Source: a virus
Virus record (IMG/VR): IMGVR_UViG_3300031576_001126
Span: 76,189-140,188 of that record
Reading direction: 5' to 3' (one strand)
Length of the DNA stretch: 64,000 nucleotides
How positions within the stretch are numbered: position 1 is the stretch's first letter; the number at the start of each line of letters is the position of its first letter. A program made the position numbers and the translations under genes. Below are positions 36,717 to 46,690 of this stretch, piece after piece. The notes under the pieces are model-generated. The model did no database searches and had not been told where the DNA came from. It was given only the letters and a program-made list of their open reading frames with translations.

Positions 36717-38269
36717 AAATCAATAATATTTGGTCAACTATAGAAGATATATCTGAAGAAGCCATTGTTTTTTTATATAATGAGCTTGCTTTTGATATCC
36801 CTGGCGCATATTTCGCAAAACAAAAGAATCCATACCTTAAAAATTGGGATGGGAAAAAAAGACTTTCCAAAAAAATAAAAGAAAGAAACGGATTAGTATT
36901 TTTAACTGGTCTTGTAGCCAGAGTGATTACTCTTTTACACGAACGATTTAATTTGATTTGCGATTTAGAAGACGAAAGAAAAAAACCAGATAAAACTTTA
37001 TTTTATGACTGGAATGAATTGGATTTTGAATTAAGAAAATATCAAATAGACGTTGTAAAAGAATCTCTTAAAAAGAGTCGTGGGACCTTGGAAATGGCAA
37101 CTGGATCTGGCAAGACGGTCGTTGCTTCAAAAATTATTCAAGAATTAGGTGTTTCACCTTTTATTTTTTACGTTACAACTCACGAATTACTTTATCAAGC
37201 AAAAGAAAGATTGGAAGCCAGTATAAAAAATTTAGAAGTCGGCATAATAGGAAATGGTTTGTGTGAAATAAAAGATATTAATGTTATGACGATTCAAACA
37301 GCAACAACAGTATATGGTAAAAACATTTTAAAAGATCTTAAAAAATTCAAACCAGAAGATTTTGATTCAGACATAATCTCTTCTTGGAAAAAAGAAGATT
37401 TATCTCATATAAAAAAATTAGACAAGGCTCATAAAATAAAAGAATTAATAGAGAATTGCAAAGGAATGTATGCCGACGAAGCGCATCACGTTCCCTCTCA
37501 AACAGCGCATGATATTATTACAAAATCAACAAATTGCTATCATATTTTTGGGGGATCGGCAACACCATATAGAACTGATAATGCTGACCTCATAATAGAA
37601 GGTTTGTTTGGGAGGAAAATTTGCAAAATAACAGCTTCGGCCCTAATTAAAATGGGATATTTAATGAAGCCTGAAATATACTTTATAAAACTTAAAAACA
37701 AACATAAAAGTTGTATAAACTATCAAGAGGATGTTAAATATAATATTATAGAAAATGAAGAAAGAAACAATCACATAAAACAGATATCTGAATTTTTAAG
37801 ATCTCAGGATTTGTCTGTTTTGATATTAGTAAGATTAATTGAACATGGAAAAACTTTAAATAAAATGATTTACGGTTCTGAATTTATACATGGCAGTATA
37901 AGTAAAAACAAAAGATCACAAGAAATAAAAGATCTTAATTCTGGCAAAAATAGCATATTAATTGGTTCCGTGCTTGCAGACGAAGGGCTTGACATTCCTA
38001 CTCTTAATTGTGTTATCCTTGCTGGAGGGGGAGAAAGTCCAATAAAATGCAAACAAAGAGTAGGGAGAGCTATTAGAAAATCAAAAGGTAAATCAAAAAG
38101 TATAATTTTTGATTTCATGGATGTTGGCAAATACACAAAAAAACATTCTAAAGCTAGAATAAATATATTAAAGGACGAAGAAGAGTTTGTTGTTAGAGAA
38201 ATAGATTCTTATCCTTATAAAGGCGATTTTGAATTAAAGAGAGATTTTTCTGCAAACGAATTGTTTTAG
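36698..38269 (+). CDS. Superfamily 2 DNA helicase (UvsW/XPB/ResIII-like)
   Basis: ATGSGKT, DEAHH, SATP, EGLDIP, QRVGR. ATG at 36698 preferred over TTG at 36671. Confidence 0.9.
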   Translation: MSKPKIKINNIWSTIEDISEEAIVFLYNELAFDIPGAYFAKQKNPYLKNWDGKKRLSKKIKERNGLVFLTGLVARVITLLHERFNLICDLEDERKKPDKTLFYDWNELDFELRKYQIDVVKESLKKSRGTLEMATGSGKTVVASKIIQELGVSPFIFYVTTHELLYQAKERLEASIKNLEVGIIGNGLCEIKDINVMTIQTATTVYGKNILKDLKKFKPEDFDSDIISSWKKEDLSHIKKLDKAHKIKELIENCKGMYADEAHHVPSQTAHDIITKSTNCYHIFGGSATPYRTDNADLIIEGLFGRKICKITASALIKMGYLMKPEIYFIKLKNKHKSCINYQEDVKYNIIENEERNNHIKQISEFLRSQDLSVLILVRLIEHGKTLNKMIYGSEFIHGSISKNKRSQEIKDLNSGKNSILIGSVLADEGLDIPTLNCVILAGGGESPIKCKQRVGRAIRKSKGKSKSIIFDFMDVGKYTKKHSKARINILKDEEEFVVREIDSYPYKGDFELKRDFSANELF

Positions 38270-38281
38270 AAAAATTTAAAT

Positions 38282-39400
38282 ATGTCTAAAAAAAATACAA
38301 AAAATTATTATAATATACTGGGTGTTTCTAAAGACGCATCTTTAGATGACATAAAAAAAGCCTTCAAAAACTTGGCTAAAAAATATCATCCAGATAAAAC
38401 CGGAGAAGACAAAGACTCTGAAGAAAAATTTAAAGAAATAAGCGAAGCATATGAAAATCTTGCCGATCCTCAAAAAAGATCAAGATATGATTCAATTAGG
38501 TCTCCTAGAAAATTTCCTCATTTTAAAGGGGGTTTCGATCCATTTGCTGGTGATTTTGATCCTTTTGATGATTTGAGAAAATTTAGTGGGTTTGGAAGAC
38601 AAAAAAACGCTAAAGAAGAATTAACAGCTTATGTAAATATAGAAATAGATTTAGAAAAAATATGTTCCGGCACAGAAGAAAACATATTTTACGACAGGTG
38701 GTTTTGTTGTGATGAATGTAATGGTAAAAAAACATTAAACAAAAACTCTATAATTATGTGTCGTGAATGTAATGGTCGTGGACAAATTTTAATGATGAAT
38801 GGTCCGTTGACTATTTTTTCAACCTGTCCAAGGTGTTATGGAAAATGCGAAATTATATCAGATCCATGCAAAAAATGCAATGGAAAAGGTTTTTTTGTTA
38901 AAAAACAAGAGTTAAAAAATATAAAAATACCAAAAGGGATAAGCGAAAATAATGTAATTAAAATAGACAAAATGGGACATTATAACGAAAATGGTTTGTG
39001 TGGGGATTTGATTATTCAAATTTCTTATAAAGATCATCCTGTTTTTAAAAAATCTTTAGGCAAAATGGTAGCGAGAGATTGTGATGTTTTCTTTGAATGT
39101 TTTGTTCCTTTACATGTGGCCATTTTAGGAGGAAAAATAAAAATTCCAACATTACAAGGTCCTTGTGATTTAGAAATTCAATCCGGATTAAAACATGGTT
39201 CCATTTTTATACTTAAAAACAAAGGACTATATAAAATTAACAGGGGTGTTTCTGATTCTTTTGGAGATCAAATAAATATATTAAATATTGAAAATCCAAA
39301 AAACATAAGTGACAAATTAAAAGAGGCTTTATTAGATATAAAAGAAGAAGAATATATAAACTATACAGAAAAAGTTAATAAAAAAGCAAACAAAATATGA
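38282..39400 (+). CDS. dnaJ: Class A DnaJ co-chaperone
   Basis: J-domain YYNILGV...KYHPDK, short G/F region, four CxxCxG repeats, C-terminal AILGG...PTLQG. Confidence 0.93.
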   Translation: MSKKNTKNYYNILGVSKDASLDDIKKAFKNLAKKYHPDKTGEDKDSEEKFKEISEAYENLADPQKRSRYDSIRSPRKFPHFKGGFDPFAGDFDPFDDLRKFSGFGRQKNAKEELTAYVNIEIDLEKICSGTEENIFYDRWFCCDECNGKKTLNKNSIIMCRECNGRGQILMMNGPLTIFSTCPRCYGKCEIISDPCKKCNGKGFFVKKQELKNIKIPKGISENNVIKIDKMGHYNENGLCGDLIIQISYKDHPVFKKSLGKMVARDCDVFFECFVPLHVAILGGKIKIPTLQGPCDLEIQSGLKHGSIFILKNKGLYKINRGVSDSFGDQINILNIENPKNISDKLKEALLDIKEEEYINYTEKVNKKANKI

Positions 39401-41169
39401 AAACCACAGATATTTTATTAGAACTAATACTAAACGAAGTTTTTAAACACAAAAATTTAAAAATAGGAGATGTTGAACTCGATATTTCTGTTGCAGATCT
39501 TTATATTCTTGCCGATAGAAAAAAAACAAAAAGATCAATTAATTTAGCTTTAAAAAAACTAGCCGACGTTGGTATGTTACAATATAATCCAGAAGAAAAA
39601 AAGAAAACAAAAAATTTAATACTTAAAAATGTAATATGTTTTTCTAAAAAAATAAAAGATGATGTGTTTTTTGACTTTGATAATACTTTTTATGATTACT
39701 TTTCAAATTTTGATGAAACAAATATCTTGGATAGTATAAAGTGTCAAAATAATAAAAACACAATATTAAAAAAATATATAAATTTTATTTATGAAATATC
39801 TCTCGAATTTTCAAACAAGAGGAGATGTTTTAAAAACGCAGGGTTGTTTTCAGACTTCATTGTGATAGATTTTCCTACTAAAGTTAACATTCAAACTGCG
39901 AAAGATTTTGCCAATTCAACAAAATGTTTCACCAAAAGTTTCGCAGATTTGCATATAAGATCTGAAAATTTTATATCATTCAAACTGCGAAAGATTTTGC
40001 CAATTCAACCAAAAGTTTCGCAGATCTGCGAAAGATTTGCCAAAATTTGCGAAAACTGGAAGACAATGTACGTACATAAGAATATACTATTATCTGAAAA
40101 TAGAAACAATGTACAAATTCCTTGTACGTACATTGTCTCCGAAATTTCGCAGATTGATTCAAAAGTTTCTCAGATTAAGAGGAAGCAAAAAATGGAGAAA
40201 GAAAACTTTATTGGAAAATTTAAACCTAATTATAAAAAAAATTCAAAAGATTCAAAAGTTTTATTTGTTTCAAAATCACAATCTATAAATATAGAAGACA
40301 TATTAGATGACAAGGAAGTTGTCAGAGGAATAGAAAATATGCCTTTGTCGGCTTATAAAGCTAGACAATGGATGGATTTAATATATAAACTTCATAAAAA
40401 AATAAGAGGATATAATTATAACTCAGGTATCCTCGTAGATAGTCAAGCCCTAACGGGGAAGATTTATCCGCTTGTTTTTGAAAAATTTGAATTTAGTGCT
40501 ATTGATTTTAAAGAATATATAGAAGAACTAATAGAACAGAAAGATTATTCTGGAAAGTTTGTTAAATTTATTGTGGGTTTTATAGGATCTAATGATTCAA
40601 GGATAAATGATATTGAACGATTTATAGGGCACAAGAAGAGGCTTCGTGAAGAAGATATTTTCGAGGATAAAATCTACCTACCTCATTGGCCCTTGACAGC
40701 AGATAACGATGACTTGTATACTGTTATTAATAGGATGCCGAAAAGGCCATTGGCTATCCTTTATAATTATGGTATAGTTTTGTATTATAGATTTTTGCAA
40801 GCAAAAAACGCTTTTTCTATGGAAGAAGCCATTGATGAAATTAGTCGAATTTTCATCAAAGAATTTATCGAATTAAAAATGATAGACTCACATCCAGATG
40901 TCGTTGAAAAAATTCTTGCGGGAATTGCGAAGAATACTCTACTATGGGAGCCATACCCTGAAAACGAAGCAGGGAAATCGACATATTTAAAACATATTGA
41001 CTGGAGAAAATCATTTTATAAGATTTTTTCGGATAAAAAATTCAAAATAACATCTTCCCTTTGGTGGAAAGATCATCAAAACAACAATTTAAACAAAATT
41101 CCAGCAGTTGACCTGATGTTTAAAAAAAGAAACAAAAATGCATTACATATCGAAAATCTCGTAGTTTAA
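39397..41169 (+). CDS. Hypothetical protein, candidate replication initiator (N-terminal wHTH-like) carrying internal DNA repeats
   Basis: SVADL...KRSINLALKKLADVGML resembles a winged HTH; iteron-like repeats in mid-gene; lies upstream of DnaC-like and dnaB genes. Confidence 0.5.
   Translation: MKTTDILLELILNEVFKHKNLKIGDVELDISVADLYILADRKKTKRSINLALKKLADVGMLQYNPEEKKKTKNLILKNVICFSKKIKDDVFFDFDNTFYDYFSNFDETNILDSIKCQNNKNTILKKYINFIYEISLEFSNKRRCFKNAGLFSDFIVIDFPTKVNIQTAKDFANSTKCFTKSFADLHIRSENFISFKLRKILPIQPKVSQICERFAKICENWKTMYVHKNILLSENRNNVQIPCTYIVSEISQIDSKVSQIKRKQKMEKENFIGKFKPNYKKNSKDSKVLFVSKSQSINIEDILDDKEVVRGIENMPLSAYKARQWMDLIYKLHKKIRGYNYNSGILVDSQALTGKIYPLVFEKFEFSAIDFKEYIEELIEQKDYSGKFVKFIVGFIGSNDSRINDIERFIGHKKRLREEDIFEDKIYLPHWPLTADNDDLYTVINRMPKRPLAILYNYGIVLYYRFLQAKNAFSMEEAIDEISRIFIKEFIELKMIDSHPDVVEKILAGIAKNTLLWEPYPENEAGKSTYLKHIDWRKSFYKIFSDKKFKITSSLWWKDHQNNNLNKIPAVDLMFKKRNKNALHIENLVV
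39888..40175. repeat. Iteron-like direct and inverted repeat cluster; candidate replication origin
   Basis: Perfect 33-bp direct repeat (39888-39920, 39977-40009), 18-bp direct repeat (39931-39948, 40008-40025), 18-bp palindrome (40016-40033), 16-bp inverted repeat (40061-40076 / 40123-40138), about 8 copies of a CTGCGAAA/TTTCGCAG-type core. Confidence 0.8.
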
Positions 41170-41192
41170 AACACAAAAACAGGAGAAATGAA

Positions 41193-42959
41193 ATGGCAGC
41201 AAAAAAAGAAAGTCAATCTGTTCCGCAAAATGAAAAAAAACTTGTAGGTAAATTTTTAACAGCCGCTCAAGAACTTACGGATTTAATAAGAAGTGTCAAG
41301 CCAGTTATTTATCTGGAAAGCAACGAGTCGGAAAAAACAATTATAAATATAATTGGTAAAATTTGTGAGGATGGGACTCATGGAGATAAGTATAAAAGAC
41401 AACTTTATATTTGGGATTCTGTTAAAGGTCTCTATTCAAGAGAAATAATAAACGGGTATCCAGAGACAACGGTTCATAACGATCAAGCTAAAGATCCGGG
41501 AGCCATATTGGATGTTATTATATCAGAGCAACCAAAAAGCGGAGATTCTTGTTATATTTTGTGTGAATTTCATCATTATTTAGAAAATTCAAATATTCAA
41601 AGAAGATTGCGTAATTTTGTGGAAGAGGTTGCCTCAAGAAAGAGAAAAAACATTATTTTACTTTGTCCAAAAAATGCTGGTATGTCTAGAGATGGAAAAA
41701 AAATTCCCATGGAACTCGAAAATATTGTTCATATTTTTGAGTGGCCCATTCCAGATAGCGAGGTTTTAAGGGATAGTGTTTGCGGCAGTTTGATTCCTTC
41801 TTTTAATCTTGCTTTTAAAAATAGGAATCCTCCTCTTCCAGAGTTGAAATTTGATGAAGATGCGATTGATGAATTGGTCAATTCTTTTAAGGGATTAACT
41901 TTGGCGGAAGTTGAATCAGCCGCTTGCTCTTCGGTTGTTAAAACACAAACTCTTGTCCCAGAAATAATTATCAAAGCAAAAAAACAAATAATTAAGAAGA
42001 GTGGTCTCGTGGAATATATAGAACCAAGGGGAGATAAATTAGATGATGTCGGTGGAGTTGAGAATTTAAAAAAATGGCTCAATGAAAGAAAACCAATTCT
42101 TTCCGAGAATGCTTTTGAGTTTGGATGTGATATGCCGAATGGAATGATGTTAATCGGTCCATGGGGAACCGGAAAATCTACCGTTGCAAAAGCTGTTATC
42201 AATGAATGGGGTCTTCCGGGATTGAGAATTGATGCTGCAAAAATCATGGACAGTTTTGTTGGGTCGTCGGAGCGCAACGCCGCCGCCGCATTAAAAGTTG
42301 CTGATTCAGTTGCACCCTGCATTTTATGGTGGGACGAAATCGATGACCTTTTTAGCGGTGCGGCATCCTCGGCGGTTAGCGATGGCGGAACAACATCCCG
42401 TGTTATTGGAACTATTTCAACATGGATGAACGAACATGAGGGATTGGTTTTTAATATATTCACTGCGAATGACGTAAGTAATAGACCACCCAAACTATTT
42501 AGAAAAGGTCGTATTGATGAAATTTTCATTGTTGATCTTCCGACAGAAGAAGAACGAAAAGAAATTTTTAATATCCATATTGAAAAACGTCGTCAAAAAG
42601 GCTATGTAAAAGAAAGACGAATTGATATCGACAAGTTTGCTAAAATGTCAAAAATGTTTTCTGGAGCGGAAATTCGAGAGGCGGTAAATACCGGCTTTAT
42701 AAGGGCATATAACGATGGAAAACGTGACATCAAAACTGCCGATATTTTTGATGCCATTAAAAATACTATCCCACTTTCATGTACAATGAAAGAAAATCTC
42801 ATTCAAATACGAAAATGGCAACAAGGTCGTGCGGTTAGAGCTTCAATTTTCTCTCCTGAAGAAATAATTGATTTTAAAGAATATAGTCAAGGCATTTTAA
42901 ATTCAAATTATAGTGTGTCTGGAGAATCCCCAGGCGCTGCTGGTTTGATTGACGTATAA
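41193..42959 (+). CDS. AAA+ ATPase, Ycf46-like
   Basis: Degenerate N-terminal AAA domain, DVGGVENLKKWL, GPWGTGKS, WWDEID, TAN, FRKGRIDE, FSGAEI. Confidence 0.85.
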   Translation: MAAKKESQSVPQNEKKLVGKFLTAAQELTDLIRSVKPVIYLESNESEKTIINIIGKICEDGTHGDKYKRQLYIWDSVKGLYSREIINGYPETTVHNDQAKDPGAILDVIISEQPKSGDSCYILCEFHHYLENSNIQRRLRNFVEEVASRKRKNIILLCPKNAGMSRDGKKIPMELENIVHIFEWPIPDSEVLRDSVCGSLIPSFNLAFKNRNPPLPELKFDEDAIDELVNSFKGLTLAEVESAACSSVVKTQTLVPEIIIKAKKQIIKKSGLVEYIEPRGDKLDDVGGVENLKKWLNERKPILSENAFEFGCDMPNGMMLIGPWGTGKSTVAKAVINEWGLPGLRIDAAKIMDSFVGSSERNAAAALKVADSVAPCILWWDEIDDLFSGAASSAVSDGGTTSRVIGTISTWMNEHEGLVFNIFTANDVSNRPPKLFRKGRIDEIFIVDLPTEEERKEIFNIHIEKRRQKGYVKERRIDIDKFAKMSKMFSGAEIREAVNTGFIRAYNDGKRDIKTADIFDAIKNTIPLSCTMKENLIQIRKWQQGRAVRASIFSPEEIIDFKEYSQGILNSNYSVSGESPGAAGLIDV

Positions 42960-42967
42960 TTTTAACA

Positions 42968-43013
42968 TAGAAGAAAGAGTCTTTCTAGTTTAGAATAGAA
43001 GGGCTTCATCTAT
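42968..43013 (+). terminator. Possible stem-loop/terminator after the AAA gene
   Basis: GTCTTTCTA-8 nt-TAGAAGGGC core with outer ATAGA/TCTAT pairing and a T-run shortly after. Confidence 0.3.
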
Positions 43014-43037
43014 TAACCTTTTTGTTTGGAATAAAAC

Positions 43038-43868
43038 ATGGAAAGCATGCAAAAGACATTTTCCTTGAGTAAAGCAATGGAAAATGACGAAAAAAAGTTT
43101 TATAGAAAAAATTCCGACATTCCTAAAGAATATTGGGCATATCGGTGGGTCAAGGTTTCCGATGGAGATAAATTTTATGATCCAGAATTCTCAACTCAAA
43201 ACAAGATAATTTCTGAAAAAACAATTTTCAATAGAACTAAAGCCAGAGATTTCGCTATAGATTATGTTAAAAATTTAGATCAAAATATTTCTTCCGGAAA
43301 GTCTATAGTATTTATGGGTGGAAAAGATTCAGGAAAAACTGTTCTTGCAACATTAATTTTAAGAGAGATTATCAACAAAACACTTGGAGACGTTTTGTTT
43401 GTGCCGTTTAGTCAACTTATCGTTGAATCAAATGTATATCTTCAAGACGATATAAAGAATTTTACAGAGAAATATACATCTCCGTTGGCTTTGTGTATTG
43501 ACGATATTGATGTAAGGAACACCTCCGAGAAGCTTAAAGAATACTTAGATCATATTTTAACTTTTAGAAGATTAAATCTTCTGCCAACAATCATTACCTC
43601 GGTGGGAGACTTTAAGGACATTAGAAAGACATGCGGAGATCCCGTATATAGATTATTATCCGATAACAAAATATATAAAATATTTAGCATAGCGTCTTTT
43701 GATGAACAAAATTATGGTATAGATTATTTTCACACAGGACACAAGGTCGATATAGATTTGTTAATCTCGGAACTTAGAAAGATAAAGATTTCCAAAGGAA
43801 AAGAAAACAAAATAAGTATGGAAGAGCTTCAATCCGTTCTTTGTAGAGCTATTCATGGACAGAGTTGA
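43038..43868 (+). CDS. DnaC/IstB-like ATPase (helicase loader)
   Basis: MGGKDSGKT, LCIDDID, R...LPTIITS; directly upstream of dnaB. Confidence 0.8.
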   Translation: MESMQKTFSLSKAMENDEKKFYRKNSDIPKEYWAYRWVKVSDGDKFYDPEFSTQNKIISEKTIFNRTKARDFAIDYVKNLDQNISSGKSIVFMGGKDSGKTVLATLILREIINKTLGDVLFVPFSQLIVESNVYLQDDIKNFTEKYTSPLALCIDDIDVRNTSEKLKEYLDHILTFRRLNLLPTIITSVGDFKDIRKTCGDPVYRLLSDNKIYKIFSIASFDEQNYGIDYFHTGHKVDIDLLISELRKIKISKGKENKISMEELQSVLCRAIHGQS

Positions 43869-45483
43869 ATTAGAAAATCAAATTATATATTTTATATTGT
43901 CTGATCCAAAACTTCTTGAATCTTCAATTTTGGAAAAGGGAATAGATGTATCTTCTTTTTCCGACGAGGGCAATAGATTAGTTTCGTCCATGGCGTTTGA
44001 CTATTTTGAAAGATTTGGAAAATGCGTTCCAAAAGAAGAGTTTGATATTTTAATAAACGATAAGCTAAATAAGAAAAAAATAACCCAGGCACAACATCAT
44101 TCCTCAATAAAAGCTTTTAAAAGAGCGTTGAATTTGGATGGAGAAATTACTCCTGTGCAATTTGACCGAATTGCTTATGATTTGGTGTCTGTCGTTAAAA
44201 ACACATCAGCAAGAGAAATAATTTTAAAACATAGCGGTCTTTTAAATAGTTTCAAAACGCTGGATTATATAGATAAAATAACCGGAGAATTAGACAAATT
44301 AAGAATAAACAACGGGGAACTGGACGATATAGAGGTTCTTGATGTTTATAAAGATATAGAACTTCAAATTGAGGATTTGAAGAAAAGAAGAAACGATGAA
44401 AATGCCAGAGGAATTCCAACAGGAATAAGAACTTTAGATGAAAGATTTGTTGGCTTTGAAAAGAGATTTTTGACAATAGTTGCGGCTGTTATTAATACAG
44501 GAAAATCTACATTCGTATTAAATGTGTCAAGAAATGCCGCTGAATTTTTTGGAAAAAAAGTTTTAATCATGTCCCTCGAAATGCCAACTAAGCAATGGGC
44601 AAGAAAATATAATGCGTTGGATTGTTGGGTTCCATATAGCTACTTGCAAAGAGGAAACAAAACGCTTTTGCCAGATGATGAGTTTGAAAACTTTTGTAAG
44701 CGGCTGGAAGAAAGACGAGACAAAGGAAGGTCGGGAGAATATAGGATTATTTCTGCCCCGGCTAGTAAATATTCATTTAAAGAACTAATGAATCTTAAAG
44801 ATAAAAAACTACCAACATATAAGCCAGATATTATTTTTATAGACCAACTATCTTTAATTAAACTTCCTGGCAAAAGAGAAAAAAAAGATGAATTGGGAGA
44901 TTTGACAAAAGAAATAATAGCCTATGGATATATAAAAGATATCGCAATGGTCGCCGTGGCCCAAGCGAACAGGGCGTCAATTAGAAGAAATGGAGCTAAA
45001 AGGGAAATAGATATCAATATAGAAAACTTGGAAGACTCAAATAAAATAGGCGCAGATGCTCATAATGTTTTAGCGCTTATGTCTCCTCCGTCTTCCGGTG
45101 GCCATAGAATGTTGCTTAAAATAGTGAAACAACGAGATGGAGAAACAGGAACTTTTGAAATAGCATCAAGATTGGATTATTGTGCTATAATTGATATCGA
45201 AACAGAAGAAATTGGAAATTCATCGCTTGAAGATGGAGATCTCGTTTTTGGAGAAGAAGAAATTGATGATACGGGTCTTGATGCGATATCAGGCGAGCCA
45301 GTTAAAGCGAACCTTCCTGAAAATCTTTCAAAAGCCATAGCGATAGATTCTCGACCAAACAATGAAGATTCAATACTGAACAAAAGCGCAGAAGAGTTAA
45401 AGAAACAAAAGAATCCATTTGCCGCAGATGACGATTACGATATTATAAGAACAAATGAGATGGAAGATATTTTTAATGAGTAA
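43855..45483 (+). CDS. dnaB: Replicative DNA helicase, DnaB family
   Basis: GIPTGIRTLD, AAVINTGKST, SLEM, IDQL, AVAQANR, KQRDG. Confidence 0.9.
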   Translation: MDRVELENQIIYFILSDPKLLESSILEKGIDVSSFSDEGNRLVSSMAFDYFERFGKCVPKEEFDILINDKLNKKKITQAQHHSSIKAFKRALNLDGEITPVQFDRIAYDLVSVVKNTSAREIILKHSGLLNSFKTLDYIDKITGELDKLRINNGELDDIEVLDVYKDIELQIEDLKKRRNDENARGIPTGIRTLDERFVGFEKRFLTIVAAVINTGKSTFVLNVSRNAAEFFGKKVLIMSLEMPTKQWARKYNALDCWVPYSYLQRGNKTLLPDDEFENFCKRLEERRDKGRSGEYRIISAPASKYSFKELMNLKDKKLPTYKPDIIFIDQLSLIKLPGKREKKDELGDLTKEIIAYGYIKDIAMVAVAQANRASIRRNGAKREIDINIENLEDSNKIGADAHNVLALMSPPSSGGHRMLLKIVKQRDGETGTFEIASRLDYCAIIDIETEEIGNSSLEDGDLVFGEEEIDDTGLDAISGEPVKANLPENLSKAIAIDSRPNNEDSILNKSAEELKKQKNPFAADDDYDIIRTNEMEDIFNE

Positions 45484-46639
45484 AGAAGATAATAGTGTCT
45501 TTTATCTTAATATTTTTGATGAAATAAGATCAACTGTCTCTCTAGTTAAAGAGATGGAGAGCCATGGAATAAAATTTGTGTCAGGGGGGAGAGGGAGGCT
45601 CAAATGTTGTTGTCCTTTTCCAGATCACAAAGACGGAACACCATCATGTTTTGTCTGGACAAACAATGATCCTGAGTCATTTTATTGTTTTGGATGTAAA
45701 AAAAGTGGCAGTGTTATTGATTTTACAATGTATTATGGAGAAAACGGGCAAGATCAACTAACCTTACGTAGCTCTATAGAATATCTTATAAAAAAACATG
45801 ATATAAAGTCAGACAGATTTGATATAGAAAAAATAAAAAATATTCCAGACAAGTATAAAAAAAATGAGCCTCCGTTTTTTTCAAAAACATTACTAATTTC
45901 AGAAGACATTAGAGATTTTATTTCACAATCTATAGATCTCGATAGAGATTTTAAGGAAATTTCCCATTATACAAGAAATATAGATTTGTCTCTGTTTAAT
46001 AGAGATTATCAGTCAATTGGGGTATATGAAGAAATAATAAGCAAAGCCCTTAAAAGTGTGAGAAAAAAAGATTTGATATTTGGTCTTAAAAAAGAATGTT
46101 TAAATTGTCATCTTTGTGATTTGAGGTTGGGTTGTAAGAAGCCAATTTTTGGAAATGGAAACTATTCGGCAAAAATTTTAATACTTTGGGATTCTCCTCA
46201 TGAATTTGAAAACAAACAAGATAAATTAATCGACTATGGGATAGGTAAAATTTTACAAGATAAAATTGTCAAAAATAAAATAGATATCTCTCTTTTTTGG
46301 TTTGCAACATGCATTTGTTGCTCATCAAAAAGAAATCCCAAGACAGAAGAAGTAAATATGTGTATAAAATCTTATTTATCAAAAGTGTTGAATTGTATTG
46401 ATATAAAAAGTATAATAATTATTGGAGAAAAAACAAAAGATTTTTTATTGCCCAATATGATTGAGGAAGAATACAATTCTATGTGTTGGTCAAAAAGGTC
46501 CGTGACTTTGTTTGGGAAAAGTTATTCTGTGGCTTTTTTGCCTGAGACTTCTCGTATTTTTAACAAAAGTCAGGCTCAAAATTTGTTGGAGCCGAAATTT
46601 GTTGCGCTTTTGAACGAAGCCGTGATATCTTTGTCTTGA
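45476..46639 (+). CDS. Primase CHC2 zinc-binding domain fused to a degenerate family-4 uracil-DNA-glycosylase-like domain
   Basis: CPFPDHKDGTPS...FYCFGCKKSGSVIDF (DnaG zinc-binding domain); C-terminal CHLCDLR...PIFGNGNYSAKILILWDSP...C...NPKTEEVNMC (UDG4-like Fe-S pattern). ATG at 45476. Confidence 0.8.
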   Translation: MSKEDNSVFYLNIFDEIRSTVSLVKEMESHGIKFVSGGRGRLKCCCPFPDHKDGTPSCFVWTNNDPESFYCFGCKKSGSVIDFTMYYGENGQDQLTLRSSIEYLIKKHDIKSDRFDIEKIKNIPDKYKKNEPPFFSKTLLISEDIRDFISQSIDLDRDFKEISHYTRNIDLSLFNRDYQSIGVYEEIISKALKSVRKKDLIFGLKKECLNCHLCDLRLGCKKPIFGNGNYSAKILILWDSPHEFENKQDKLIDYGIGKILQDKIVKNKIDISLFWFATCICCSSKRNPKTEEVNMCIKSYLSKVLNCIDIKSIIIIGEKTKDFLLPNMIEEEYNSMCWSKRSVTLFGKSYSVAFLPETSRIFNKSQAQNLLEPKFVALLNEAVISLS

Positions 46640-46690
46640 CCTTACGCATATTTTTGTGCGAACATACAGCCATATGAGGAGTCCAAAAAC

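Noticed and set aside
39888-40175. Repeat cluster as a CRISPR array
   Set aside because: Only two full 33-bp copies, mixed orientations, no run of unique equal-length spacers, and it lies inside an open ORF.
41729-42529. Long minus-strand ORFs (266 aa here, 180 aa at 46642-47184, and many shorter ones)
   Set aside because: They are antisense shadows of well-supported + strand genes and have no recognisable motifs.
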